From assembly GCF_009914755.1 (NCBI RefSeq), contig NC_060934.1: DNA of 64,000 bases; one strand, written 5' to 3'. The number at the start of each line of letters is the position of its first letter. Position 1 is the stretch's first letter. Below are positions 43,427 to 58,595 of this stretch, piece after piece. Source of the DNA: the human T2T-CHM13v2.0 reference genome, Homo sapiens. Position numbers and translations under genes: made by a program. The notes under the pieces are model-generated. The model had not been told where the DNA came from and did not search any database. It was given only the letters and a program-made list of their open reading frames with translations.

Positions 43427-45322
43427 GTATGTGTTCCTGCCTCCGTTTCTAGGACTTCAGCCAGAAAAAGAACGTTGCCTAAAAAGAACATAAGCTCACC
43501 TAGTTCTGTATCTCTTACAGTGCCAGAATCCCTTCTCCAGCATTCCTGTCATTGAGTTGTTGTGTCTGTACTTACATAGGTGTGGTGCCTGGGAGGTCTG
43601 TTTTATGACCCAATCTTTTCTGCTCTGTAAGCTAATTACTATGATTATTTTCCTTATAGAGAGCTGAAATCCTTTTCTGTATAATTTTTGCTTGCAATTT
43701 CCAGTTCTGACCTTTGGTATTGTAAAGTTTTAATCATCCTTTCTTCCAGCCGACCTTAGTCAATTACATGAGCAGCAGGTTGTGTGCCGGCCATTTATTT
43801 CCCAGCTTCTCATTTCTCTGCCAAAAAGCTCAGGTGGCCTTGGTCTTTCCTCAGATGATGTTTTCATCCCCTTGGCCACTTTGGCATTCTCCTCTCTTTT
43901 CCTCTTAAATGTAAGTCCTATGTCCTGAAGTCATTCCCATAAATCATTTGTTTTTAAATGTGCAGATGAATCTTCCAGGGGCTTTTGTCAAAATGAAGAT
44001 TCCGATTCAGTAGGTCCAGGGTGGGGCCTGAGAATTTACATTTCCAGCAAGCTTCATGGTCTGTAGATCACACTTCGAATAGCAAGACTTAGATCCATTG
44101 ACTGCTCTTCCAGAAAAGAAAGGTAGATCCCTAGATCCCTAAGGTGCACATGATTTTCAGCAACTTTAAAAAATAAAAAAGGATGGCATAGGAATGGATG
44201 GAACTAGAATGCATTTAGAAGCCGGCTGTTTGGACTCACTCTCTTCCAGTGTTAGGTGTAGAAAGTAAGGATGGAAGCCGAAGTGTGAGGGAAAACGATA
44301 GCCTAGTTAATCTAGAAAGAGTGCAAACGGATGCAGAATGCACACAGGTCTCAGTGAAGATGACAATGCACACAGGTCTCGGTGAAGATGACAGTGAATG
44401 AAGGTAGTAGTGCTTTTTGTAGCTCCACAGGGCTCTTACTTAGTGGATATCTTTGAGAACTGATTTAGAATCCCTAGTAAATTGATGCTGCTTTCTTTGA
44501 CAACTCCTAGTCTCTTCAGACATTCATGAGTCAGTGACCTCATTTCAGCAACACATGCCCTATTCGGTACAGCAGTGCTTATGGTGATGAAAGGTTGGAA
44601 ACCACCCAAATACTTATCAGTAGAGTAAGCTATGGCCCTTCTATTCAGTGGACTATTCTGTGACAGTTAAAAAGAAAGGGGTCTACGCTTGTTGACTTGG
44701 GAAGATTTTGTAGGTACATTAAGTGGAAAACACAAATGGTAAGACATTGTTCAAATTATCTTCTTATTTATAGCCTTATTTATAAATAACTAGTGTTAAT
44801 TCATTAGTACATCCTTTGGGGGAATTAGAAGCATGTATGCTGAACTGTTCCCAATGTTCATCTTGTTTGAGTAGACTGGTGGAATTATGAGGGGATTTCA
44901 TTATTTGCTTTTATCTGCTTTTGTACAGTTTGATTTTTTTTAAAACAGGAGCCAAGCCTTCATTTCTCAGATTCCTTAGATGATTGACTTGGTGGCCCTC
45001 TTAAATGATCTTTCTTCCTCTAGATCTCTCTTCACCTTGTAAGCCAGTCCAAGCTACTCTAAGTACAGGAAATGGCTGCTTGGATAAGCATGTCAGCCAC
45101 GTGGATAAACTGTCTGTTCTGTCTTTCAACTGAACTGCTACTATGCACTTTGAAAAATTCCAAGGGAAGAGTATAGTTCCACTTACTATTTCTTTATAAC
45201 TAATCAAGAAACAACATAACTTTTTATGTTTATTCTTTGGGAGGGAAGAATTTTTTAATCTGTGAATTTTGTGATAGGATGTTTGACGTTAGTGTCATTT
45301 TATGCCTTGGTATTTTTTACAG

Positions 45323-45450
45323 GCAAAGTCCAATCCACTGCCGATATCTTTGGTGACGAAGAAGGAGATCTGTTCAAAGAAAAAGCCGTAGCATCGCCAG
45401 AAGCCACTGTGAGTCAGACAGATGAAAATAAAGCAAGAGCAGAAAAAAAG
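45323..45450 (+). CDS. WASHC2A: WASHC2 exon 16
   Basis: CAG|128 nt|GT; [43 protein letters not shown]. Confidence 0.95.
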
Positions 45451-46888
45451 GTGAGCAGGAGGGAAGACTTAACGCAGGAGCATTGATCTGCCGCATTTTA
45501 ATAATTCATCCTGAACCCAGAGGGAAGTGCTGTTCCCTTTCACGTTCATATTGAAGAACTTCAAACAGAAAGTGGAAAGAACATTGCAGTGAACACCCAA
45601 ATAACTGCCACCCAGATTGATCAGTTCTTAGGGTTTTGGCAAACACTTTATGGATGTAAACCTTGTTACATATCTATTTTTTTCCTGAACTATTTGCATG
45701 TAAGTTGTTTGAACTGTTTGCTGCATGGAACTGTTTCCATGTAGTCATTGTGACATTCTACCCCTAAATATTTCATTAAGCCTCTCTTGAAAAGACTTCC
45801 ATATAAGCGCAATGCCATTATCAACAGCTGTGAGACTAACAGTAATTCTATAGTAGAATCTAATATCTAGTCTGTATTAGAATTGCTCCAGTTGCCCCAG
45901 AATGTCTTTGTAAAATCACCCCAACAAATAGAATACAGATTTAAAATTATCTCGCATATAGTTCATACTGCAATTTCCTCTCTTGTCCCCAAAATGCCAT
46001 TTACAGCAGTGATCCCCAACCTTTTTGGCATTAGGGACATAAGGAGAGTGCAACCTGCAATCTAGATCCCTCGCATGCACAGTTCACAATAGCGTTTGCC
46101 TTCCTGTGAGAATCTGATGCTGCCACTGATCTGACAGGAGGAGGAGCTTAGGCAGTAATGCTTGCTGCTCACCTCACCTCCTGCTGTGCGGCCCGGCTTC
46201 TAACAGGCCATGGACTGGTCTGCAGCCCAGGGTTGGGGACCCCTGCTTTATAGTATTTTTTTATGTTTTGATTTTTTTTTTGTTCTAAGAAACTCAGGAT
46301 TTGGACAGTGTGTCTGCATTGCATTTGGTTGTCATGTCTCTTTGGTCTCCTTAATCTAGAGCAACACCTCCCACATCTTTTTTTTTTTAATATCCAGCCA
46401 CTTGTATTGTAGAATGTGTCTCGTGAATTTGCTTGATTATTTTCCTATGAATAGATTCAGGGTGAGAAGTTTTGGCAAGAATACAAGCAGGCAGGGTTGT
46501 GCACTTCCAGTTGGATCACCTCCCAAGACACATCAGGTCCACTGTCTGCCTCATTCAGACACGTTTGTCACTTGGTTGTTAGGGTGCCCACCACACTGCT
46601 TCATTGGAAAGGTACCCTGTCCTCTTTTGCCATTGCTAAGTTGATCTCTAAAGCGATAGTTGAACACAGTGTGAATACCTGTTCTCTCCCAGCCTTTTAC
46701 TCAGTGTTTTGAAAATCCACTGATGATCTTTTCTTGACTCAGTTAATCTGTTAGCGGGCACAAACCACTATTTTTTTAATTCTATATTTCTTATTAGTTG
46801 GCATTCTTCTGAATGAAGTTCTTTCTCTCCCTCTCCTTCCCCGATTTTTAGTATTGCTTTGGGATCATGTATTCATTCTTCAGTGTAG

Positions 46889-47196
<308 letters not shown>

Positions 47197-47627
47197 TGAC
47201 TGCTTGACCTTTCACTGCTGTCCTGTACAGCTGGTCCCTCCTCTTTCTACAGTTTTGTCTCTTTGTGTCGTGTCCTGGCTGTGAAGCCCTGACTTTCTCC
47301 TGCCGACCACCTAAGGCCCAGCATTCAGAACCTGTCAGGCCCGTCAGGCAGCCTGTCTTTCCATGCTGTCTCTCATTGCATATGTCCCATCTGTGCACCC
47401 ATTGACCCAGACTGTGTGTCCTGCTCCCTGATACACCAGATGTGTCCTCTGTTTGTCTTGCTGTTCTCTTAACAGCCCCCTCAGCTTGCTGCCTATCACA
47501 GCAGAGACTCCGTGCGTTTTCTCGATTGATTGAGTAAACCCTCTTTTCTGGGTATCTTACGTGTTAATGCTTAATTTTTCTTTTTCTTTTTTTCTTCCCC
47601 ACCACCCCCCCCCCACCCCCGACAAAG

Positions 47628-47714
47628 GTTACCTTATCTTACAGCAAAAATCTCAAGCCCTCATCAGAAACAAAGACTCAAAAAGGCTTATTTTCAGATG
47701 AGGAGGACTCTGAG
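47628..47714 (+). CDS. WASHC2A: WASHC2 exon 17
   Basis: AAG|87 nt|GT; [29 protein letters not shown]. Confidence 0.93.
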
Positions 47715-48025
47715 GTATGGAATTCTTTTGCTTAGTTGTGGGTATTAGTCTATGGATATGACATAGAAACTATTTTTGAATCAGGTTTTTCTCAATAGAG
47801 TTATAAGACTTTTTGTTAAGTACTCCAGTTCTTTAAAAATTATCTCTAGAGGCCAGGAGTAGTGGTTCATGCCTGTAATCCCAGCACTTTGGTAGGCCAA
47901 GGCAGGCGGATACCTGAGGTCAGGAGTTGGAGACCAGGCTGGCCAACATGATGAAACCCAGTCTCTATTAAAAAGACAAAAATTAGCTGGGTATGGTGGT
48001 GCGAGCCTGTAATCCCAGTTACTCA

Positions 48026-48124
<99 letters not shown>

Positions 48125-50529
48125 TCATCTCAAAATAAATAAATGAATAAAAAATAATCTCTTGAGAGCACAGGGGCTTTAGAAAGCAATATGTTTACAA
48201 TACTTTTCACTTTGGGTTGGACTGTATTTACATTTCCTGGGATGAAAATCCTCTCTCTTTAGGATGCTCAGATTTTAAACTGTTCATGGGCTCATGATGT
48301 GATGAGGAGCTTGCACCAGAGTGGAGGTCACCATGCTACTTCCTTTATTCACATTCTCACTAACTAGACCATGCCTTAACGCTGTAGCAGATGGGTTCTG
48401 GCATAGCCATCTGTCTTGTCGAGACTGAGACCACTAACAGCCTCTGGGACCCTGGTTCATAGGTTGCTTTGGTCCCTCCAGGCACCTTAGAACCACCTCT
48501 CAGAATTTCACTGCTTTTCCTGAGTCTCTCAGGCCTAGGTCGTCTTAGATCCAATTTTAAGTTGGCCTTTTAGGAGATCATAGAACTGTATGAGATTGTA
48601 ATGGGAAGTAATAAGCCCCTTTTACAGAAAAATATGTGGACATGGCAGAAACTTACATGTATTTCAAGAAACTGTGGGCTCTAGATTAGGCTGTCATGGT
48701 TGGGCTTTGCACTCACAGCAAGGATGAACATGGAACCCTTTGGAAGTAGAGTGATTGCCCTTGATGTAAAGAATACCTTTGAGGCTATCACTGAAGGCGA
48801 GTGTACAAAACGTAGGAATTAACCAAAGTCCAGTTAAGTCACAACCCTGACCCCTGAGAAACAGCATGATGGGGCCTCCACCGTCTTATGCTCATGGATC
48901 CCATGTGTCACCCACACCTGCACCTCAGGGTCTTTGCACCGGCCCCTGCCACTCTGAGGAATGCTGTTCCCAGAATCCAGCTTGCTTCCTCACTCTTCGA
49001 TTTCTCTGTGAGGCCTCCCTGATGAAATACACACAGCAGGAAGCCTGCTAGCACATACCACGCTGTGCTCCTGTTCCTCTTTCCTATTTCACTGTTTACC
49101 ACAGCACGTGTTGCCAGGGACAGTGTATATTTACTTATTCATTGTCTCTACTTCCCACTAAAGTACGTGCCATGAGGGCAGGACTTTGTATTCCCTATTT
49201 GTATCCCTAACACCCCGTCCTTAATACCAGTGCTTGGCATGTTGTAAGCCATCCAGTAATTGTTGATTAGACAAGAAAACCAAATGTGAACAATTTCAGT
49301 GACTTACGAGATGTTCTGGTTATTTGTTGCTATGAAACAAGTAACTCAAAAACCTAGTGGTTCATAACACCCATAGTTTTGTTGTCTCACAGTTCGAGAG
49401 GTTGACTGGGCTTAGCTAGGCCATTGTCACTGAGGGTCTCTTGTGTCTGAAGGTGGCTGGGCTGAGGATCACCTTATTCATATGTCTGGTACCTGGGCAC
49501 TGGGGCCCCTGGGACATCTCTCACTAGCCCTGTGTGGCTCCCAGCATGTAGTCAGGGAAGCCGGTCCTCTTACATGCTGGCTCAGGGCTGTAGGGGAGAG
49601 TCCTCAGAGAGAGCCCGATGGAGGCCATGTTGCCTTCTTTGTTCCAGCCTTGGAAGTCAACGGTGTTCCTTTTGCTTCATTTGTTGGCCAAGATGGTCAC
49701 AATGGCCCATCCAGGTTTATGGGGAGAGGCCATAGGCTCCCCTTCTTGATGGTGGGAGTGTAAATGTACTCTCAGACTTGTGTGAAAACCCTACCAAAGG
49801 CTTTGCCCCATGTGTGTCATCATAGAGCGAATGTTTTTATTGGATATTGTTCAGATTCTAAGGCAAGGAGAGGTAAAACTAAGGCAGTCTAAGTAAGAGT
49901 TAAAGCTTTGGACCCGAAGGAATGCGTCCTGACTCCTTTCTCTATATCTCAAGTGTGAGGCTGAAGCTTGCCCTGTGGTCATTTTGGGGGAACATATTTG
50001 AGGTAATGGAAGTGTCTTTTCTTGCAGTACCAAGAAAGGTATCAGTTAAGGGTCCGAAACTGTGATATTGACATTTGTTTTTGTTCTTTGCTTTGGTTTA
50101 CTTTCATTTTCTTAGAACAGCAGAACCCTTTCTCTTGCCATTGTGTAACATGCAGGAGGGACACGGGATGCCTGGAATTCCCCTTGTGGCCTCTTCTATC
50201 TAAATAAACCCATGGGACTCCGGGGAGCACAGGGGAAAAACACTGTGTGGAGGAGATCTCACTTAGTGAACTCATTAGGTCTATATTTAGGAGTAGACAG
50301 CGACCCCATAATTAAAAAAAAAAAAAACTGTCCAAAGAGGTCTTAGAAATATCTTCTTGTCCTATTTAATTGTTCGGCTCTTGTGTATTGAAGTTTATCT
50401 TCCCAAGGGAATAGATGTCCCATTTTATGTTTCTACTTCATGTAGGTCAACTTGCAGGTCTTTCTTTGCAGGATAAGCTGATGTTTTATAACATTTTGAA
50501 AATTTCTTGATTTTTATATTTTTTAGCTA

Positions 50530-50800
<271 letters not shown>

Positions 50801-50927
50801 AAAGTTTCTTTAGAATCTATCAGGTCTTATCCTGGTTTGCAATGTCATATACCTATAGTTAAGCTAAGTAGACTAGCAAACATTTAAAAATAAAGTTTAA
50901 TTTGTATTTACTTAAAAGAAATATGTC

Positions 50928-51225
50928 GGCCGGGTGTGGTGGCTCAAGCCTGTAATCCCAGCACTTGTGGAAGCCGAGGCGGGCGGATCACAAGGTCAGG
51001 AGATCGAGACCATCCTGGCTAACATGGTGAAACCCCGTCTCTACTAAAAATACAAAAAAATTAGCCAGGCGTGGTGGCAGGCGCCTGTAGTCTCAGCTAC
51101 TCAGGAGGCAGAGGCAGGAGAATGGCGTGAATCCGGGAGGCGGAGCTTTCAGTGAGCCGAGATTGCACCACTGCACTGCAGCCTGGGCAACAGAGCGAGA
51201 CTCCGCCTCAAAAAAAAGAAAAAGA
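50928..51225 (+). mobile_element. AluY
   Basis: GAGATCGAGACCATCCTGGCTAAC and AATGGCGTGA diagnostics. Confidence 0.9.
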
Positions 51226-51691
51226 AGTAAGTCATAATCTTAGGAGAGAAGGGTGTTACTAAATAAAATAGTTGTAGCTCCATTAATTTGGGAATCTAGC
51301 CCCTGTTTCTTTATTGACCCTGTCTAATCTTTGATTCTTTAGACGGTAATGGGAAGCCATGCTTATATATTTATTTTTTTAGCATGGTGTAGGAAATTGA
51401 TTCAAAAACTTATTCCTGCCTTCTGTCATTCAGGTGGGAATACAGAAGCCCCTGGGCTCTGCGAGGCCACCAGATCCTGTAGCTCTCCTCCTCCTTAGTG
51501 CCACTGCACACACCCTGCACAGACCCTGAGGCCTATCCCTTTAAGGACTCTGTCTGAGCCACCTTCCCTCTCAGGAAAGAAGCCTAGACACATGGCAGCT
51601 GTCATGTCTGAGTCACTTGTGTTTTATACTGACCTGATATTTTAAAAACTGATATTCCTGTTAACCAGCAACTTTAATTTCAATCCAACAG

Positions 51692-51793
51692 GATTTGTTT
51701 TCTTCTCAAAGTGCGAGTAAGTTAAAAGGTGCGTCTCTGCTGCCTGGCAAGCTCCCCACGTTGGTTTCCCTGTTTGATGATGAAGATGAAGAG
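51692..51793 (+). CDS. WASHC2A: WASHC2 exon 18
   Basis: CAG|102 nt|GT; [34 protein letters not shown]. Confidence 0.95.
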
Positions 51794-52016
51794 GTAAACA
51801 TTGTTATTGTAACACTAGATAATTTAGATTAGGAGAAAACGGTTGTTGATGCAACTTTCTACCCAGAGGCTCATATACTAGCAAAAGGTGGTAGGGAAGC
51901 AGTCAGGCCACCTGAAGTTTATATAACAAAAATATTTCTGTTTTTATTTCAGTGACTTCTTCCTTATATTTTCCTAGCTGTGCAATGGAGAAGACATTAG
52001 ATTCTTGATGCAGTTC

Positions 52017-52306
52017 TTTTTTTTTTTTTTTTTCCGAGTTGGAGACTTTCTCTGTCACCCAGGCTGGAGTGCAGTGATGCGATCTTGGCTCACTGCAACC
52101 GGGTTCAGGTGATTCTCCTGCCTCGACCTCCCAAGTAGCTGGGACTACAGGCGTGCACCACCACTCCCGGCTAATTTTTGTATTGTTAATAGAGACAGGG
52201 TTTCACCATGTTGGCCAGGCTAGTTTCGAACTCCTGATCTCAGGTGATCCGCCTGCCTCGGCCTCCCTAAGTGCTAGGATTACAGGTGTGAGCCACCATG
52301 CCTGGC
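52017..52306 (-). mobile_element. Alu (S-type)
   Basis: TSD TTCTTGA(TG/CA)CAGTTC. Confidence 0.9.
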
Positions 52307-52374
52307 TTCTTGACACAGTTCTTATGGAGTGAAATCTACAGGTTTTATTTTTAGAAATCTGCCTTTGAGAAATA

Positions 52375-52738
52375 CAATTGACCCTTTAACAGTGTGGAGG
52401 TTATTTTGACTTCCACATTGCAGTGAAAAATCCATATATAACTTCTTACTTCCCAAAAACTTATCTACTGATAGCTTACTGTTAACCAGAAGCCTCATGG
52501 ATAACATAAACAGGTGATTAACATATAAATAGTATAATATCTATTTATATATTTTTGTATTCCTGACATTTCCAGCTTTTCCTTATTTTTTTTATGATAT
52601 TTCTAGGCCACATGGTTTGTCTGCAAGATTTTTCAAATTGTTGCAAATGTCCAAAAAAATTTTCAACATATTACTGAGAAAACATTTGTGTAGAAGTGGA
52701 CCTGTGCAGCTCAAACCTGTGTCATTCAGGGTCAGCTG
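52375..52738. mobile_element. TcMar-Tigger family DNA transposon remnant
   Basis: TA|CAATTGACCCT ... AGGGTCAGCTG|TA inverted termini with TA duplication. Confidence 0.7.
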
Positions 52739-53984
52739 TACTTTAGTCTAGAGGATGGATCAACATATACCCAATGACCTACAAGAATGTTTTGGATCAA
52801 GTGGAGATACAAAGGAGAAGGCAGCCATGTCCTGACCATTGTCTTTCTTTCCCATCCTGGCTGGAGAGAGCACAGTGGGGAAGAGAAATAAGAGAGAAGA
52901 CAACCCAAACCTTAACTCTCATGCAGTACTGGGCGGTGGTGAGCTCAAAGGCTTTGCCATCAGACCCCTGGGTTCATATCCCAGCTCCACCACTTGCAAA
53001 CCAGGGACCTGGGGCAAGTAACTTAACCTTCCTTAAGCTTATGTGGCTTAACAGTGAGTAGGGTCACTGTGGCAGCTGTAACTACTAGTGTGAAGCTCTT
53101 GCAGAGTGCCGGCACATAATAAGTGCATAGTGAATGTGAGCTCTGTCATTAGCATCCCCAATGGACACCAGCTCATTATTCTCCTGGCCTGTCCTACATT
53201 ACCGCACTCTCCTTAAAGGAGACTTCATCCAGGAAGACACTCCCTTCATCCATCTTCACATTCCAGGGCTGTTCACCTGAGTTTGTCCATCCTAACTCAG
53301 ATTCAGGCCCTCTGATGCTTTTGTTCCCCTTATCTGAATAAAAGCACCTTAATAAATATAACTTTTGGGGAGTGCTTGACCACAGAAGAATTTACAAATG
53401 CCATTAAACTTAGTACACCAGCAATTTTATTTAGTAAGCTATTTCTCCACTTTGTATAATCTCTTTGAAACTAATGAGAAACACAAGTCATGCCTTCCCT
53501 CCATCCCAGGTGTATGTCTTTCTGACCTGTAAAGGAGTGGAGACAGACCCCCAGTTCTCTCCTTTCAGCCATTGTTCTGGTTTCTCATTCGTGGAGACAA
53601 CAGTGTGAGTTTCTGGCTGCTGCGGGGGCTCCCGTGCCCATTGCAGGCTGTAACCCCCTGAAATGAGCAGAGAGGCACTTGCCCACAGGGTGACTGGATG
53701 GGGCTCAGTTTCTCCTTGTACTTCATGATCTCATTTGCATGTTGTTCTCCTGCTTATATGCAGCTGTTCTGCCTTCGAGTTCTATGGTAATCTCTTTCCC
53801 TTCTATGGGTGCAGTGAGAAAAGGCTGTAGTTTGGGATTTACTAGCATTTTGCGGTTTTTCCCCGCCAGAGTTGTTATTTGTATACCTGACTGGAGACTT
53901 ACTTCCTTAAAGTTTGATATAGGAGGACATCCTATGTTTTCTGATTATAAAGTTGTCTTACCTTTCTGCCATTTGCTTTTCTAG

Positions 53985-54116
53985 GATAATCTTTTTGGGG
54001 GTACAGCTGCTAAGAAGCAGACATTGTGTCTACAAGCTCAGAGAGAAGAGAAAGCAAAAGCCTCCGAGCTCTCCAAAAAGAAAGCATCTGCCCTGTTGTT
54101 CAGCAGTGATGAGGAG
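53985..54116 (+). CDS. WASHC2A: WASHC2 exon 19
   Basis: TAG|132 nt|GT; [44 protein letters not shown]. Confidence 0.95.
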
Positions 54117-55291
54117 GTGAGCTGAGGTTTCTGCTAAAGAAGAGGGGATTATTTCATGGGATTTAAGAGTTAAAGCCATCCCAAGTCTTTTTCTACCTGT
54201 TTTATATCTCGTGATGTTCAGTCACCAAAGGCGATGTTCACAAGATTGTCTTTTCTGACGGAAGACATTTAATGTAATATATTAATTTAAAGATGAATCT
54301 CTTCAAAATGGTTAGGAATAGGTATGACTCCCACACAATAGTGTATGCTCCTTCAAATGAGTTAGGCCGGCTAGGGGGGAAATGATTTCTCAGCCATCGC
54401 TAGTTCATGGTCGAGTCCCTTAGAACAAATGACAGATTAACCAGAGAAAAGTGTGCAAGTTTACGTAAGATAAGTTTTACCAGACACAGGAGCCTTCAGA
54501 AAGAAAAACTCAAGAGAAACAGGAAATCCTGTGTCAATTTTATGCAGTCTGATGAAGAAGCGGACAGTTTTGGGGGAGCACGATTAGATGAAAGGGGTGT
54601 GACCTGATGGGAATAAGCTGGGGGGAGCTCAGCAAGGCCTGTGTGGTCAGATCATTCTCTGCATCTTTACAAATAAGGAGGCTCCTTTCCTCTGGGAATA
54701 GGGAGGACTGGAATGAAGGTTTTATGACCTACTCCAGAGAGGGTTAGAGGATTCTTCTATGTCCTGCTTCAGAGGAGAAGGGCCAGGGAAAGGTCAGAGA
54801 GACCTTTCTGCTTCTGTTTTCTCAAATGCCAAGGTGTCATATTTTGAGGTAGCATGTCCCGTATACCCCAATGGCCATATATACTAGTATCTTGTTAAAT
54901 GACTACTGTGTTTCATTAATTTAGAACTATAGTTAGGAGGAGTTACCTATTGAGGTTAAACTCCTTTTTGAGGGAGTCTTAACAATATTTCTGTTTGTGA
55001 TCTGGATAGATACTACCAAATCAGTTAGTTTAGTTGCTAACTCAATCAGATTTAGTAGCAGGGAATCAGATTTAGCTGTGCAGAAGAAGACTTTAAATAT
55101 GATGATATAAAAAATCCTGAGTAGTAAACATCTTCCTGTGTTATAATAATTCCTCTTTTTTTTTAACATTGTAGGCAAGTTAATAGGGGGTGAAGTGGAT
55201 ATATAAGTCATAGATATGTTCATGTTCTTACTGAAAGCAATTTAAAAATTCCGAAGCAGATTGCAAAAAAAAATGTATTAAAAGCTTATGC

Positions 55292-55578
55292 GGCCGGGCG
55301 TGGTGGCTCACGTCTGTAATCCCAGCACTTTGAGAGTCTGAGGCAGGCAGATCACTTGAGGTTGGGAGTTCGAGACCAGCCTAACCAACATGGAGAAACC
55401 TTGTCTCTATTAAAAATACAAAAAAATTAGCAGGTTGTGGTGGCGCATGCCTGTAATCCCAACTACTCAGGAGGCTGAGGCAGGAGAATCACTTGAACCC
55501 AGGAGATGGAGGTTGTCGTGAACCGAGATCACGCCATTGCACTCCAGCCTGGGCAACGAGCGAAACTCCGTCTCAAAA
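55292..55578 (+). mobile_element. Alu (Sp-like)
   Basis: TSD AAAAGCTTATGC. Confidence 0.9.
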
Positions 55579-55948
55579 AAAAGCTTATGCAACACACATG
55601 TGAACAAGACACAATGAAAAACTGCTAGTAATCCTTTTACTACAAAAGTCTGAGTCTGGCCTTTAGAAAGCGTTTAAGGAATTCCCACCCAGCTGTGCTC
55701 ATGCCTTCACATCAAGGAACTCCCAAGCATATATAATTTGTGTTTTCTACTCAAATGTATGAATTTATGATAGATTATCCAGTTTTTTTCTTTTAAACAT
55801 TGTCAGTGATTGTTCCCCCTGTAGCAACAGCCAGACATCAGTGTAGTTGCTCCTACTAGAGTATTATAGTGGTTCAGGGAAAATAAAAACATTACCTAAA
55901 GCTTGGAGCAAAAAGACATGCAGAAGAAAGACAGCCAAGGTTCTAGAA

Positions 55949-56178
55949 CAGGGGCGTCCAGTCTTTTGGCTTCCCTGGCCCACACTGGAAGAAGAAGAAT
56001 TGTCTTGGGTCACACATAAAGTGCGCTAATACTAACAATAGCTGACGAACTAAAAAAATAAAAAGGTTCGTGCATAAATCCCATAATGTTTTAAGAAAGT
56101 TTACAGATTTGTGGTGGGCCGCATTCAAAGCCATACTGGGCTGTGTGTGGCCCATGGGCCACAGGTTGGACAAGCTTG
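55949..56178 (+). mobile_element. MER30-like hAT-Charlie element
   Basis: CAGGGGCGTCCA ... TTGGACAAGCTTG termini; 8-bp TSD TTCTAGAA/TCCTAGAA. Confidence 0.82.
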
Positions 56179-56198
56179 TCCTAGAACAAAGGCTGTCA

Positions 56199-56678
<480 letters not shown>

Positions 56679-57352
56679 TTAGTCACTGCTAAACATTGAG
56701 GAGCACTTCTCAAACCTTCATGTTTAGGAAATCACCCAGGCACCCTGTGAAATGCAGGTTCTGATTCAGAAAATAGGCGCGGGGCCTGAAATTCTGCATA
56801 ATCTGCTGCTGGCTTGTGGACTCCAGTTTGATTTGCAAGACTCTAGACTCCAGAGATAGAGCACTTATGCAAGTGCTTGGGAGTTCTTTGATTTGAAGGG
56901 GTGTGAGCATAGTCGAGTAGAATTTCCTTAAATGCTTTCTAAAGGCCACATTCAGACTTGTGGTAAAAGGATTACTAGCAGTTTTTCATTGTGTCTTGTT
57001 CACATGTGTGCTGCATGAGTTTTTACACTTTTTTTTCAATCTGCTTTAGGATTTTTAGAATTAAAATATTCTTCTCTGGAGTTGGAAGTTCTTGAGTTCT
57101 TGGTATTTTTACATTTGGCTTCCTTCTTATAGCCTCTGTAATTAATGTTGATTCCCTGAAATAGACAAGTCGCTTGTCGTAATACAGTGCAGAACCACAG
57201 TGGGAAGAGACATCGTGGCAGGTGTTGGAGGAGGAAATCATGAGAAGCTCTGTGAGGTCAGAGAGCCCAGCTGTCTAGATTTGAGTTCAAAGAAAAGTCT
57301 TAAGCATGAGCTTTCTTCAAGACTGATGCACTAAGTTTAATACTTAGTTTAA

Positions 57353-57721
<369 letters not shown>

Positions 57722-57752
57722 TGGAGTTTTAATATATATTTTATGTTTTAAG

Positions 57753-57922
57753 GACCAGTGGAATATTCCTGCTTCACAGACCCACTTAGCATCTGACAGC
57801 AGGTCTAAAGGAGAACCCAGGGATTCTGGGACCCTCCAGAGCCAGGAGGCCAAGGCTGTGAAAAAGACCAGTCTCTTTGAGGAAGACGAAGAAGATGATC
57901 TTTTTGCCATTGCCAAGGACAG
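57753..57922 (+). CDS. WASHC2A: WASHC2 exon 20
   Basis: AAG|170 nt|GT; [56 protein letters not shown]. Confidence 0.94.
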
Positions 57923-58262
57923 GTGAGATAGTCATTGGAAGGAGTCCCTCACTCCGTTACCGTGGTAACAAGAAAAGGAATCTGATGCACAATCTAGTTC
58001 ATCGGGTGATTGCTAATCATGGATCACATAGTGATTGTGCCAGTGAGAATGTCTTTGCTTTTCAATGGCACCATCTTTTCCCTCAGTACCCGGAAATGTT
58101 TGTCTTTGTGGATCCTTATCTGATTTCTTCCCCAATCATTATTTTTTAACCATATTCTTTTTCTTTGTTTGTCAGGGATTTGAGTATCTTTTGTTTGTGA
58201 TTTTTCTCTGGGCTACTCTAAAGTATGTCAGGTTTGGTCAGGATTACTTAAAAGTTACTTTA

Positions 58263-58595
<333 letters not shown>

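Noticed and set aside
54290-54870. Possible ERV LTR remnant (also ~62800-63465)
   Set aside because: Looks LTR-like, but I cannot assign family or boundaries without a Dfam search.
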